Source: Alphaproteobacteria bacterium (GTDB lineage Bacteria > Pseudomonadota > Alphaproteobacteria > Bin95). From it: a stretch of 64,000 bases of DNA. Position numbers and translations under genes: made by a program. The stretch lies in NCBI GenBank assembly GCA_022827685.1, contig JAJEIH010000053.1:56-64055 (forward strand). The letters run 5' to 3'. Below the pieces are notes generated by a model that saw only the letters and a list, made by a program, of their open reading frames with translations, was not told where the DNA came from and searched no databases. Position 1 is the stretch's first letter. The number at the start of each line of letters is the position of its first letter. This document shows, one piece after another, positions 39,250-48,333 of the stretch.

Positions 39250-40656
39250 GTGACGGCGCTTCGGGGCACGCTCGGGACCTATCTCGAGCGGCGCATGGCG
39301 CGCATCCTGCTGCTGGGCATCGTCAGCGGCTTCCCCTGGGTGCTCATCGGCAGCAGCCTCAACCTCTGGCTGAAGGAGGACGGGCTCAGCCGCAGCGCCA
39401 TCGGCTGGGCGGGGCTCATTTTCGGCGTCTATGCCTTCAACTTCCTCTGGGCGCCGCTGATCGACCGGATCCGCCTGCCCTGGATCGCGGACCGGCTCGG
39501 CCATCGCCGGTCGTGGATCGTGGCGCTGCAGGCGGTCATCCTTGTCTGCCTGGTGTTGTGGAGCACGGTCGAGCCCTCCGCCGATCTCGGCCTCGTGGTC
39601 GCGATCGGGCTCGCCATCGCCGTCGCGTCCGCCACCCAGGACATCGCCGTCGATGCGCTCCGGATCGAGCAGATCGGCAGGGACGAGGGCGAAGCCATGG
39701 CCGCGGGCGCAGCCGTCGCCGTGGTCGGCTGGTGGACGGGCTACAAGCTCGGCGGCGTCGTCGCGCTGGAGGCGGCGCAGTATTTCGAGCAGGCGGGCGT
39801 CGAGCATTACTGGCAGGCGACCTTCCTCGTGCTCGGCATACTGGTCGTGCTTTGCAATCTCGGCCTGGCCTTCGTGCCGGAGCCCTCCGCCGCCGCCCGC
39901 GTCGCCGCGCAGGAGCGGGACGAGCAGGCGCTCGCCTCGCGCCTCGGCGTCCCCGGCGCGGCCGGCCGGGTCTCCGGCTGGCTTGCGGGAACCCTGGTCG
40001 GGCCGCTGATGAGCTTTTTCCGGCAGAACGGCGTCGCCATCGCGGCCGCCGTGCTCGGCTTCATCTTCCTCTTCAAGATCGGCGAGGCCTTCATGGGCCG
40101 CATGTCGCTCATCTTCTACAAGGAGGTGGGCTTCTCGAAGTCGGACATCGCCGTCTATTCCAAGGGCCTCGGCTGGATTACCACCGTGGCCTTCACCGTG
40201 CTGGGCGGCCTGTTCGCCATCCGCATCGGGCTCATCAGGGCGATGTTCGTCTCCGGCATCGCCATGGCGGCGACCAACCTCCTGTTCGCGCTGATGGCGT
40301 GGTCCGGCAAGTCGGAACTCCTGTTCGCGACCGCCGTCGTCATGGACGACCTCACCAGCGCGTTCGCCACCGTCACTTTCGTCGCCTTCATCTCGATGCT
40401 GGTGGACCGGACCTACACCGCGACCCAGTATGCGCTGCTCGCTTCCATCGGCACGGCCGGGCGGACGATCTTCGCCGCCTCCTCGGGCGAGCTGGTGGAC
40501 TGGCTGGAAGGCGACTGGGGCACATTCTTCGTCATCACCACGCTGATGGTCCTGCCCTCGCTCGTCTGCCTCTGGGCGATCCGCAACCGGCTCGCCGACC
40601 TGCTCGCCGGCGCCAGGGTCCGCCTGTTCGGCAAGGAGGCGGACGCGGCCGCCTGA
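39250..40656 (+). CDS. ampG: AmpG-family muropeptide permease (MFS)
   Basis: LLLGIVSGFPWVLIGSSLNLWLKEDGLSRSAIGWAGLIFGVYAFNFLWAPLIDR matches the AmpG signature. Start is GTG at 39250 or ATG at 39295. Confidence 0.8.
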   Translation: MTALRGTLGTYLERRMARILLLGIVSGFPWVLIGSSLNLWLKEDGLSRSAIGWAGLIFGVYAFNFLWAPLIDRIRLPWIADRLGHRRSWIVALQAVILVCLVLWSTVEPSADLGLVVAIGLAIAVASATQDIAVDALRIEQIGRDEGEAMAAGAAVAVVGWWTGYKLGGVVALEAAQYFEQAGVEHYWQATFLVLGILVVLCNLGLAFVPEPSAAARVAAQERDEQALASRLGVPGAAGRVSGWLAGTLVGPLMSFFRQNGVAIAAAVLGFIFLFKIGEAFMGRMSLIFYKEVGFSKSDIAVYSKGLGWITTVAFTVLGGLFAIRIGLIRAMFVSGIAMAATNLLFALMAWSGKSELLFATAVVMDDLTSAFATVTFVAFISMLVDRTYTATQYALLASIGTAGRTIFAASSGELVDWLEGDWGTFFVITTLMVLPSLVCLWAIRNRLADLLAGARVRLFGKEADAAA

Positions 40657-40722
40657 GCGGCTTGCCGAAAGCGCCGGCCGGGGCCATAAGGGGGCGCTCA
40701 TCGCAAAAGAGGTCCGGCCGCC

Positions 40723-41463
40723 ATGACCCTGCTCTCCCGCGCCGTTCTCGCCTTCCTCCTCGCCGCGCTCGCCTGCCTGCCCTGGACCGCCCGCGAGGCG
40801 CGGGCCGACACCGAGCAGGAGGTCGCGGCCATCACCGAATATCTCCGCCAGAAGGATCCCGAAATCGTTCTCAAGGCCGTGCAGGCCTGGTGGGACGAGC
40901 AGGAGGACTACCGGCGACAGCAGCAGGTCGGGCGCATCGCCGCCAATTGGGAGGCGCTGGCGCGCGCCGGGGGCGACCCCGCCATCGGGCCGGAAGACGC
41001 CGACGCGGTGCTCGTCGAGTTCTTCGACTATCGCTGCGGCTTCTGCAAGCGCGTGCTGGGCGATGTGATGGCGCTGGCGGCTGCCGACAACCGGCTGCGC
41101 ATCGTCTTCAAGGAGTTCCCCATTCTGGGCGAGGTATCCGTGATCGCTGCCCGCGCTTCGCTCGCCGCCGACAGGCAGGGCAAATGGCCCGAGTTCCATG
41201 TCGCGCTCATGTCCGCCCCGGGCGAGCTCGACGAGGACCGGATCATGGATATCGCCGCCGAAACCGGCCTCGACATCGCGCAATTGCGCACCGACATGGA
41301 GAGCGAGGCCGTGACGGCGATCATCGAGCGCAACCACGCCCTTGCCCAAACGCTCGGCATTCGCGGCACCCCGGCCTTCCTGGTGAAAAACGCCATCGTC
41401 CCCGGCGCCGCCTCGCAGGAGGACCTGGCCAGACTCGTCGCGGGAGCGCGCGAGGCGGGGTAG
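40723..41463 (+). CDS. DsbA-family periplasmic thiol:disulfide oxidoreductase
   Basis: Signal peptide, and a CGFC active site in a thioredoxin fold (LVEFFDYRCGFCKR). Confidence 0.85.
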   Translation: MTLLSRAVLAFLLAALACLPWTAREARADTEQEVAAITEYLRQKDPEIVLKAVQAWWDEQEDYRRQQQVGRIAANWEALARAGGDPAIGPEDADAVLVEFFDYRCGFCKRVLGDVMALAAADNRLRIVFKEFPILGEVSVIAARASLAADRQGKWPEFHVALMSAPGELDEDRIMDIAAETGLDIAQLRTDMESEAVTAIIERNHALAQTLGIRGTPAFLVKNAIVPGAASQEDLARLVAGAREAG

Positions 41464-41470
41464 CGTCGGC

Positions 41471-41496
41471 GTCATGAGATGTCATGTTTCGTCATG
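41471..41496 (+). repeat. Triplet of 10-bp-periodic GTCATG direct repeats (cluster X1)
   Basis: GTCATGagatGTCATGtttcGTCATG, followed by the hairpin ggggcgg-gtct-ccgcccc (41497..41514), the likely dsbA terminator. Confidence 0.8.
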
Positions 41497-41590
41497 GGGC
41501 GGGTCTCCGCCCCGGTCGTTTGCAAGGCATTGCAGCCTCCTTGACGGTCTGCGGTCCCGGACGCCCCGCTGCCGGAAGGGCGCTCCCCTC

Positions 41591-41607
41591 GCGCGCATAA
41601 TGCGCGC
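41591..41607. promoter_or_regulatory. Perfect 17-bp palindrome GCGCGCATAATGCGCGC (candidate dimeric-regulator operator)
   Basis: Eight-bp arms around a single central A, lying between repeat clusters X1 and X2. Confidence 0.4.
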
Positions 41608-41666
41608 CCGGCTGCGCCCGCGCGCCCGCCTGCGCGAGGCGCGGAACCGGCCTCTCCACGGTGGAT

Positions 41667-41692
41667 GTCATGCAATGTCATGTTTCGTCATG
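41667..41692 (+). repeat. Triplet of 10-bp-periodic GTCATG direct repeats (cluster X2)
   Basis: GTCATGcaatGTCATGtttcGTCATG. Confidence 0.8.
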
Positions 41693-41718
41693 AGGAACTG
41701 CGGAACAGCGTCCGGTCT

Positions 41719-41757
41719 GTCATGAGATGTCATGTTCTGCATGCGCATGGCGCATGT
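41719..41757 (+). repeat. GTCATG direct-repeat cluster X3 (two exact units, then degenerate GCATG units)
   Basis: GTCATGagatGTCATGttctGCATGcGCATGgcGCATG. Confidence 0.7.
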
Positions 41758-41961
41758 CCCGCGGCTGGTTCCGGCATGGGATGGTCGTTTCGAGCGGGGT
41801 TCCGGGTATTCCATCCTGTTTTCCGGGTTCTGCATCTTCGGCATGGGGCCTTCCTTCCGGTCCGTCTTCGTTCCGTCCTTGCCGCCCGGCTTGTCCGAGC
41901 GGCGGGACTCTGATTCGCGCGTATCCTGCGCGCGCGCCTGCGCCGGCGGGGGCGGGCGTAT

Positions 41962-42190
41962 CGCGCCGGCGCGGCTCGTGCGCCTGATTGCCCGCGCGCG
42001 AGGCAGGCACAGGACACACCTCGCCTGTCGGCTGAATCGGGGTCGTTCCGCACCGGGCCGGCGCGGGCGGGAAGCGGTCCGCGCGGACTTCGCCTTCCTC
42101 GGACCCATCATACCACTGTTTCTGAGAATGCAAGCCCCAAAAAGAGAAATATTACTTAAATTTCAGGAACAATTTGCCGGAGCACAAGCC
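41962..42190 (+). repeat. Copy B of the ~230-bp dispersed repeat R1
   Basis: See 1..235. Confidence 0.7.
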
Positions 42191-42373
42191 ATTCAGGTTG
42201 AGACGACCCTGTTGGCAGAGTCCCGAATCGTCCGCCGCAGAGGCAGTGCTGCATCGAGTCCGCAGCCTCGCAGGAGGATCTGTGGCCAAACTCGCTGCGG
42301 GAGCGCAAGGGGCGGGGTGACGCCGGCGGCGGGGCCTTGAACGATCCGGTGGAGCAGGCTGCCCGGGGCCGGT

Positions 42374-43234
42374 TCAGCGCCCCGGCCGGGCTTCGCGCAT
42401 GGCGATATAGGTCGCGCTCGCAAAGACGAGGATGCCGCCGGCGACGGTCCAGACATCGGGGACTTCGCCGTAGAGCATGAGGCCGCCCAGCGCGGCGAAG
42501 GGCAGGCGGAGGAAGTCGAACGGCATGACCGCGCCGGCCTCGCCGGTCGCGAGCGCGCGCGTCAGGCACATATGCGCGGCGAAGCCGGAGCCCGCGAGCA
42601 GCGCAATCCAGGGCAGCGCGTCGAGCGACGGCGTGACCCACATGAGCGCCGTGGGCGCGGCCGAGAAGGCAAGCAGCAGCGCGTTCACCGTGAACACCAT
42701 GCGCGTCGGGGATTCGGTGTCCGCCATCGCCTTCACGCAGATATTGCTGACCGCGTAGCAGAGCGCCGCGCCGAGCAGCATGGCCGTGGGCAGGCCGACC
42801 GCCGCGAAGCCGGGCCGCACGATCACCAGCACGCCGGCGAAGCCCGCGAGCGTCGCCAGCCAGCGGCGGATTCCGGGGCGCTCGGCGAACAGCAGCATCG
42901 CCAGCAGGATCGTGAACAGCGGATAGGCCGACTGGATCGCCACCGCATCGGCGAGCGGCACGATGCCGATGGCGTGGAACCACATCATCATGGCGGCGAA
43001 GGTGCTGACTCCGCGCAGCAGGTTGGGCCAGGGACGCCGGATGCGCAGCCCGTCCCGGCCGGCCCGCACCGCCCAGGGGACCAGCAGCACCATGGTGAAC
43101 AGGCAGCGGAAGAACAGGATTTCCGGCGTCGGCAGGCTTGCGGACAGCTCCCGGACGCAAATGACGAGCAGGCTGAAGGCCGCCGCCGCGCCGACCATCC
43201 AGGCGACGGCGCCGAGATTGCGCTGCGGCTGCAT
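42374..43234 (-). CDS. EamA/DMT-family transporter
   Basis: Ten-TM DMT topology with duplicated EamA domains. Confidence 0.75.
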   Translation of the reverse strand: MQPQRNLGAVAWMVGAAAAFSLLVICVRELSASLPTPEILFFRCLFTMVLLVPWAVRAGRDGLRIRRPWPNLLRGVSTFAAMMMWFHAIGIVPLADAVAIQSAYPLFTILLAMLLFAERPGIRRWLATLAGFAGVLVIVRPGFAAVGLPTAMLLGAALCYAVSNICVKAMADTESPTRMVFTVNALLLAFSAAPTALMWVTPSLDALPWIALLAGSGFAAHMCLTRALATGEAGAVMPFDFLRLPFAALGGLMLYGEVPDVWTVAGGILVFASATYIAMREARPGR

Positions 43235-43254
43235 GGGCGCTGCGGGCCGGCCGC

Positions 43255-44484
43255 TCAGTGCCGGCCGAGCGTCCCGCTCGCGCGCAGCGCCGCGATGCGC
43301 GCCTCGTCGTAACCGAGGCCGCGCAGCACGGCTTCGGTATCGCCTCCATGGAGCGGCGGCGGCGCGGCATCGACCCGGACCGGCGTGTCGCTGAAATGGA
43401 TGGGCGAGCCCAGAATCCGGATCGGCCCGGCTGACGGGTGCTCGATGGCGCGCACCATGCCGCGATGGGCGACCTCTTCCGATTCCAGCGCCTCCGCGAG
43501 GCTCCGCACCGGTCCGGCCGGCAGGTGGCGCATCTTCGAAAGCCAGTGGCTGCGGGGTTCAGCGCCGAAAATACCGTTCAGGATGGCGAACAGTTCCGGC
43601 CGGTTTGCGAGCCGCGCGGCCGGCGAGGCGAAGCGCGGGTCGTCGGCCAGGTCGGGCCGCTCCAGCACGTCGCGGCACAACTGGCCGAACAGCCGGTCGG
43701 TGCCGAGCGCCATGTAGAGCGGGCCGTCGGCCGCCTGGAACAGGTTGGTCGGCGTCGAGGTGATATGGCTGTTGCCGGTGCGCGGGGGCGGCTCGCCGCT
43801 GCAAAGATAGTAGAGGCCCGCATTGCCGAGCGCGGCCACGGCGACATCGGCGAGCGCGAGCTCGATATACTGGCCCCGGCCCGTATCGCGCCGCGCGAGC
43901 AGGGCCGCGTTGACGGAGGCGGCGGCATAGAGCGCCGTCATCGTGTCGATGAGCGAGAGCGGGTGGCGCATGGGCCTTCCGTCCGGTTCGCCCGTCAGCG
44001 ACATCATGCCGAATTCCGCCTGCAATACCGGGTCGAAGCCGGGGCGGTCCGCCATCGGCCCGTCCTGCCCGTAGGCGGAGACGGAGAGATAGACCAGCTG
44101 CGGGAAGCGCTCGGCGAGGGAGGCGTAGTCGAGGCCGAAGCGCTTCATCACGCCCACGCGGAAGTTCTCGACGACAACATCGGCGTCCGCCAGCAGGTCG
44201 AGCACCACCTGCTTGCCTTCCGGCGTGCGCACATCGAGGGCGAGGCTCTTCTTGTTGCGGTTGTAGGCGAGGAAGAAATGGCTCTCCCCCGCCGCGCCGG
44301 GCTCGGCCATCCGGCGGGTGTCGTCGCCCGTCTCCGGGTTCTCGATCTTGACGACCTCGGCGCCCATATCGGCCAGAATCTGCGTGCAGAGCGGGCCCGC
44401 GATGACGCGCGAGAAATCCACCACCTTAACGCCCTTGAGCGGGGGCGCGCCCGATTGCGGCATTGGCATGTCGTGTCCGTCCAT
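43255..44484 (-). CDS. Family III CoA-transferase (paralogue of 7086..8297)
   Basis: GVKVVDFSRVIAGPLCTQILADMGAEVVKIE, and a collinear match to the other copy. Confidence 0.85.
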   Translation of the reverse strand: MDGHDMPMPQSGAPPLKGVKVVDFSRVIAGPLCTQILADMGAEVVKIENPETGDDTRRMAEPGAAGESHFFLAYNRNKKSLALDVRTPEGKQVVLDLLADADVVVENFRVGVMKRFGLDYASLAERFPQLVYLSVSAYGQDGPMADRPGFDPVLQAEFGMMSLTGEPDGRPMRHPLSLIDTMTALYAAASVNAALLARRDTGRGQYIELALADVAVAALGNAGLYYLCSGEPPPRTGNSHITSTPTNLFQAADGPLYMALGTDRLFGQLCRDVLERPDLADDPRFASPAARLANRPELFAILNGIFGAEPRSHWLSKMRHLPAGPVRSLAEALESEEVAHRGMVRAIEHPSAGPIRILGSPIHFSDTPVRVDAAPPPLHGGDTEAVLRGLGYDEARIAALRASGTLGRH

Positions 44485-44511
44485 GTTCCGGGGAGGCCCG
44501 CAGGCGGGGAA

Positions 44512-45723
44512 TCAACCGAAGTCGTTGTCGTGCCGGTCCAGATAGCCGGTAATGCGGTGGAGCGCGGTTTCGAGCTGCTCGCCCGACCGCGCGAAACAGA
44601 GGCGGAAGTTCTCCTCGTTGCCGGGGCCGAAAGTGAAGCCCGGCGCCGTGCCGACATCCTCTTCCGCCAGCAGGCCCTGCGAGAAGTCCATGCTCGACCT
44701 GAGGCCCCGGACGCGCGGAAAGGCGTAGAACGCGCCTTCGGGCATTTGCAGTTCGATGCGAGGGTGGGGCGCCAGGATCTTCATCACCGAGTCCCGCCCC
44801 GCCCGGTAGCGTTCGCGCAGTTCCCGTATCAGCGGTTCGCCCTGCTCCAGCGCGGCGATGCCGGCGCTCTGCACGACAGGCGGCGCGCCCGTGTTCACAC
44901 ATTCCGAATAGGCGGCCATCTGCTCGCGGTAGCCGGAGGGCACGACCATCCAGCCGAGCCGCCAGCCGGTCATGGCGAAGGCCTTGGAGAAGCCGTTGAC
45001 GACGATGAGCGGATCGCCGGGAGCGGCGATCTGGAGGAAGGAGGGCGCAACATCGCCGTCGAATATGTTCCGGTGATAGACCTCGTCGGCGAGGATGACG
45101 ATGCCCCGCTCGCGGCAGAAATCGAGCAGGCGCCGCTGTTCCGAGGCCGGCATGACCCATCCGGTCGGGTTGCAGGGCGTGTTGATGAACAGCGCGCGCG
45201 TGTTCGGGCGGGCCGCCTCGAACACATCCTCCAGATGCAGTTTCCAGCCGTCCGGGTCGAGCCGCTGGCGCACGAAATCGAACGCCGCGCCCGTCATCTG
45301 GAAGGCGCGGTCGATATTCGGCCAGTTGGGGCTCACGATCAGCGCATGGTCGCCCGCGCCCGCGCACATGCGCGCCGCCATGAAGATGCCGAGCATGGTC
45401 GAGCCGGGGACGACGATGCGGTCCGGGTCGAGGTCGAGGTCGTAGATGCGGTCGAGATAGGCCTTGATGGCCGCGAGCAGCTCCGCGCGGCCGCTCGGAT
45501 GGTTGTAGAAGGTGAGCCCGTCGTCGATGGCCTGCTTGGCCGCCTCGCGGATGAAGGCGGGCGTGACGAGGTCGCCCTCCCCGAACCAGAGGGGGATGAC
45601 GTTCGGATCGTTGATCCGGGGCAGCGCCACACCCGTGATCCCGTTCTGCTCAAGCGTCTCGAATTCCTGCCGCAACAACCTTGCATCCCCGCTTCGTCGT
45701 TGGCGCACCATAGCGGCAAGCAT
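44512..45723 (-). CDS. PLP-dependent aminotransferase, class I/II
   Basis: AAT-fold signatures (NTPCNPTGWV, FSKAFAMTGWRLGW, catalytic Lys in SKAF). Confidence 0.85.
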   Translation of the reverse strand: MLAAMVRQRRSGDARLLRQEFETLEQNGITGVALPRINDPNVIPLWFGEGDLVTPAFIREAAKQAIDDGLTFYNHPSGRAELLAAIKAYLDRIYDLDLDPDRIVVPGSTMLGIFMAARMCAGAGDHALIVSPNWPNIDRAFQMTGAAFDFVRQRLDPDGWKLHLEDVFEAARPNTRALFINTPCNPTGWVMPASEQRRLLDFCRERGIVILADEVYHRNIFDGDVAPSFLQIAAPGDPLIVVNGFSKAFAMTGWRLGWMVVPSGYREQMAAYSECVNTGAPPVVQSAGIAALEQGEPLIRELRERYRAGRDSVMKILAPHPRIELQMPEGAFYAFPRVRGLRSSMDFSQGLLAEEDVGTAPGFTFGPGNEENFRLCFARSGEQLETALHRITGYLDRHDNDFG

Positions 45724-45790
45724 GCCGCGGGCCTATGCCTCGCGCCCGGAGTGCCAACCGTGCCATATTGGGGCGGGGGGAGAATCGGGA

Positions 45791-46573
45791 ATGCTGCAGC
45801 AGGCAATCGACTTGCGCGAGGAGGGCGCCGCACTCCACGCCTTCCTGGCCGGGCTGGAGGATGCGGACTGGGCGCGGCCGACGCCCTTCAAGGACTGGAC
45901 GGTCAACGCCGTCATGCAGCATCTCCATTTCGGCGACTGGATGGCGTCGGTCTCGCTGGAGGACCCGGACCGCTTCGCACGGGTCGTCGAGGCGCGCCGG
46001 GCGGGCGGGGCTCCGGATGATGCCCCGGACATGCGTGAAGGCCGGGCGCTGCTGGACCAGTGGTGGGACCGCCTCTCGCGTCTCTGCGACCTGATGGAGG
46101 GGGAGGACCCCGACCGCCGCGTCGCCTGGGTCGGCCCCGATATGGGGCTGCGCTCCTTCGCCACGGCCCGCCAGATGGAGACCTGGGCGCACGGGCAGGA
46201 CATCTATGACCTGCTGCAGGCGCCGCGCGAGCATTTCGACCGGCTGGCGAATATCTGCGTTCTCGGCTGCCAGACCTTCGGCTGGACCTTCCGCAATCGC
46301 GGCCTGGAGCCGCCGGCGCCGGTCCCTCATGTGCGGCTCACGCTCCCTTCCGGCGCGCTGTGGCAGCGGGGCGCGGAGAGCGCGACGGACCGGGTGGAGG
46401 GCACGGCGCTCGACTTCTGCCGCGTCGTGACGCAGGGCCGCAATATCGCCGATGTCGATCTGGAGGTCGCGGGCGAACCGGCGCGGGCCTGGATGGCGGT
46501 TGCGCAATGCTTCGCCGGACCGCCCAACGATCCACCGGCGCCCGGCGCGCGGGCCTGGGAACGGCGCTCGTGA
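45791..46573 (+). CDS. DinB/maleylpyruvate-isomerase-N-terminal-domain-like protein (TIGR03084-type)
   Basis: TIGR03084-like pattern WTVNAVMQHLHFGDWMA...ETWAHGQDIYDLL. This family is often paired with LLM oxidoreductases, as it is here. Confidence 0.6.
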   Translation: MLQQAIDLREEGAALHAFLAGLEDADWARPTPFKDWTVNAVMQHLHFGDWMASVSLEDPDRFARVVEARRAGGAPDDAPDMREGRALLDQWWDRLSRLCDLMEGEDPDRRVAWVGPDMGLRSFATARQMETWAHGQDIYDLLQAPREHFDRLANICVLGCQTFGWTFRNRGLEPPAPVPHVRLTLPSGALWQRGAESATDRVEGTALDFCRVVTQGRNIADVDLEVAGEPARAWMAVAQCFAGPPNDPPAPGARAWERRS

Positions 46574-47577
46574 AATTCGGCGTCCTGCAGTTCTTCTCCT
46601 GGCCCGGCCGGCGCGCGGCGCTCACCGAGGTGTACCGCCGCGCCATGGACCGCATCCGCATCATGGACGAGACCGGCTACGACGCCGTCTGGCTGGCGGA
46701 GCACCATTTCACGGATTACAGCGTCTGCCCGTCGGTCCACATGATCGGCGTGCAGGTGGCGGAGCGCACCAGCCGGCTGCGCATCGGCACGGCGGTGTCG
46801 CTCGCCCCCTTCTACCATCCGCTGCGGCTTGCCGAGGAAGTGGCGCTGCTGGACCAGCTCTCCGGCGGGCGGGTGAGCTGGGGCGCGGGCCGGGGCTTCG
46901 ACCCGGACGAGTTCCGCACCTTCGGCGTGCCTATCGGGGAAAGCCGGGCGCGGTTCCAGGAAGCGGTCGAGATCGTGCTGGCCGCATGGCGGAACGAGCG
47001 GCTGGACTGGGACGGCGAATACTGGTCCTTCGAGAATGTGGAGGTGCTGCCGAAGCCGGCGCAACAGCCGCATCCGCCGGTCTGGGCGGCCTGCGGCTCC
47101 CCCGACGCCGCCGCCTGGGCCGGCAGGGCGGGGCTCGCGCCGCTGCTCGGCCCCCATGCGACCTTCGAGGGGCTGAACGGGATCCGGGACACATGGCGGC
47201 GGGCGCGCGACGGTGCCGGACATCCCGCGTCCGGCCAGGATATCCCGACGGCGCGGCTTCTGGCGGTCGCCGACAGCGACGGGGAAGCGGCGGAGATCGT
47301 CCGGCGCGGCGCCGCCTGGATCGTCGCGACCTACAAGAACGAGTCCAAGGGCACGGCAAACCCGACCGAGCAGGTGCTGGCGGACGGCACCGTCGAGGCC
47401 GTCGATCCTGTCGAGCGCTATCTCGACAATGTGGCGATCTGGGGCTCCCCCGCCCGCGTCGCCGACCAGCTTTGCCGCCTGAGGGAAGAGATCGACCTGC
47501 ATTACCTGATGTGCGCGCCGCTCAGCCATTCCTCCTTCCTCGGTTTCACCGAGAAGGTGCTGCCGAAATTCCTTTAG
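46570..47577 (+). CDS. LLM-class (luciferase-like) flavin-dependent oxidoreductase
   Basis: Bacterial luciferase TIM-barrel pattern (DAVWLAEHHF, RLRIGTAV, VSWGAGRGF). The GTG start overlaps the upstream gene's TGA (GTGA). Confidence 0.8.
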   Translation: MKFGVLQFFSWPGRRAALTEVYRRAMDRIRIMDETGYDAVWLAEHHFTDYSVCPSVHMIGVQVAERTSRLRIGTAVSLAPFYHPLRLAEEVALLDQLSGGRVSWGAGRGFDPDEFRTFGVPIGESRARFQEAVEIVLAAWRNERLDWDGEYWSFENVEVLPKPAQQPHPPVWAACGSPDAAAWAGRAGLAPLLGPHATFEGLNGIRDTWRRARDGAGHPASGQDIPTARLLAVADSDGEAAEIVRRGAAWIVATYKNESKGTANPTEQVLADGTVEAVDPVERYLDNVAIWGSPARVADQLCRLREEIDLHYLMCAPLSHSSFLGFTEKVLPKFL

Positions 47578-47635
47578 GCGGAGGGGTCGGGACGGGGTAA
47601 ACAGGGCAATCCAAGCCAGCGCGGAGACCGTTCCA

Positions 47636-48286
47636 ATGAAGCTCTACTACGACCCGATCACCGTGAATTGCCGCAAGGTCGTCGCCGGCCTCGACCTCAT
47701 CGGCGCCGGCTACGAGGACGAGTTGCTCAGCTATTTCGGCGGCGACCACAAGCAGCCGGAATTCCGCAAGGTCAATCCGAACGCCGAACTGCCCGCGCTG
47801 GTGGACGGCGACCTCGTGCTGTGGGAATCCAACGCCATCCTCGTCTATGGGGCGGAGAAGACCGGCAACAGGACGGCCTATCCGGCCGATGCGAAGATCC
47901 GCGCCGACATCGCGCGCTGGCTGCTCTGGGAATGCAGCAAGTGGTTCGACGCCTGCTACGTCTATCTGGTCCAGAATGTCGTCAATCCCATTCTGGACAG
48001 CACGCCGGACCAGGCGGTGCTGGACGAGCATGAGCCGGCGTTCCGGGGTCTCGCCTCGATCCTGGAGACGGCGCTCGAAGGGCGCGAATGGCTGTGCGCC
48101 GATAATCCGACCATCGCCGACATCGCGGTCGCCGCGCCGATGCACCTGCATGCCGTGCAGAAGCTGCCGCTCGACGACTACCCGAACATAAGGGGCTGGA
48201 TCGCCCGGGTGGAGGGCCTGCCCTGCTGGCAGAACTCGGACCCGGTTCCGCACATCCCGGCGGAGCTGCTGGCCAAGCTCGCCTGA
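47636..48286 (+). CDS. Glutathione S-transferase (second copy)
   Basis: MKLYYDPITVNCRKV...ELPALVDGDLVLWESNAIL, a GST N-domain. Confidence 0.8.
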   Translation: MKLYYDPITVNCRKVVAGLDLIGAGYEDELLSYFGGDHKQPEFRKVNPNAELPALVDGDLVLWESNAILVYGAEKTGNRTAYPADAKIRADIARWLLWECSKWFDACYVYLVQNVVNPILDSTPDQAVLDEHEPAFRGLASILETALEGREWLCADNPTIADIAVAAPMHLHAVQKLPLDDYPNIRGWIARVEGLPCWQNSDPVPHIPAELLAKLA

Positions 48287-48333
48287 TTTGCGGGACGGCT
48301 AAGCCGGGCCGGGATGCCGGCCCGGGATGCCCG

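Noticed and set aside
41692-41720. GGAAC...GGAAC at 41692..41705 as an EcfG-type (general stress sigma) -35 element
   Set aside because: No CGTT -10 motif follows at the required 16-17-nt spacing after either GGAAC.
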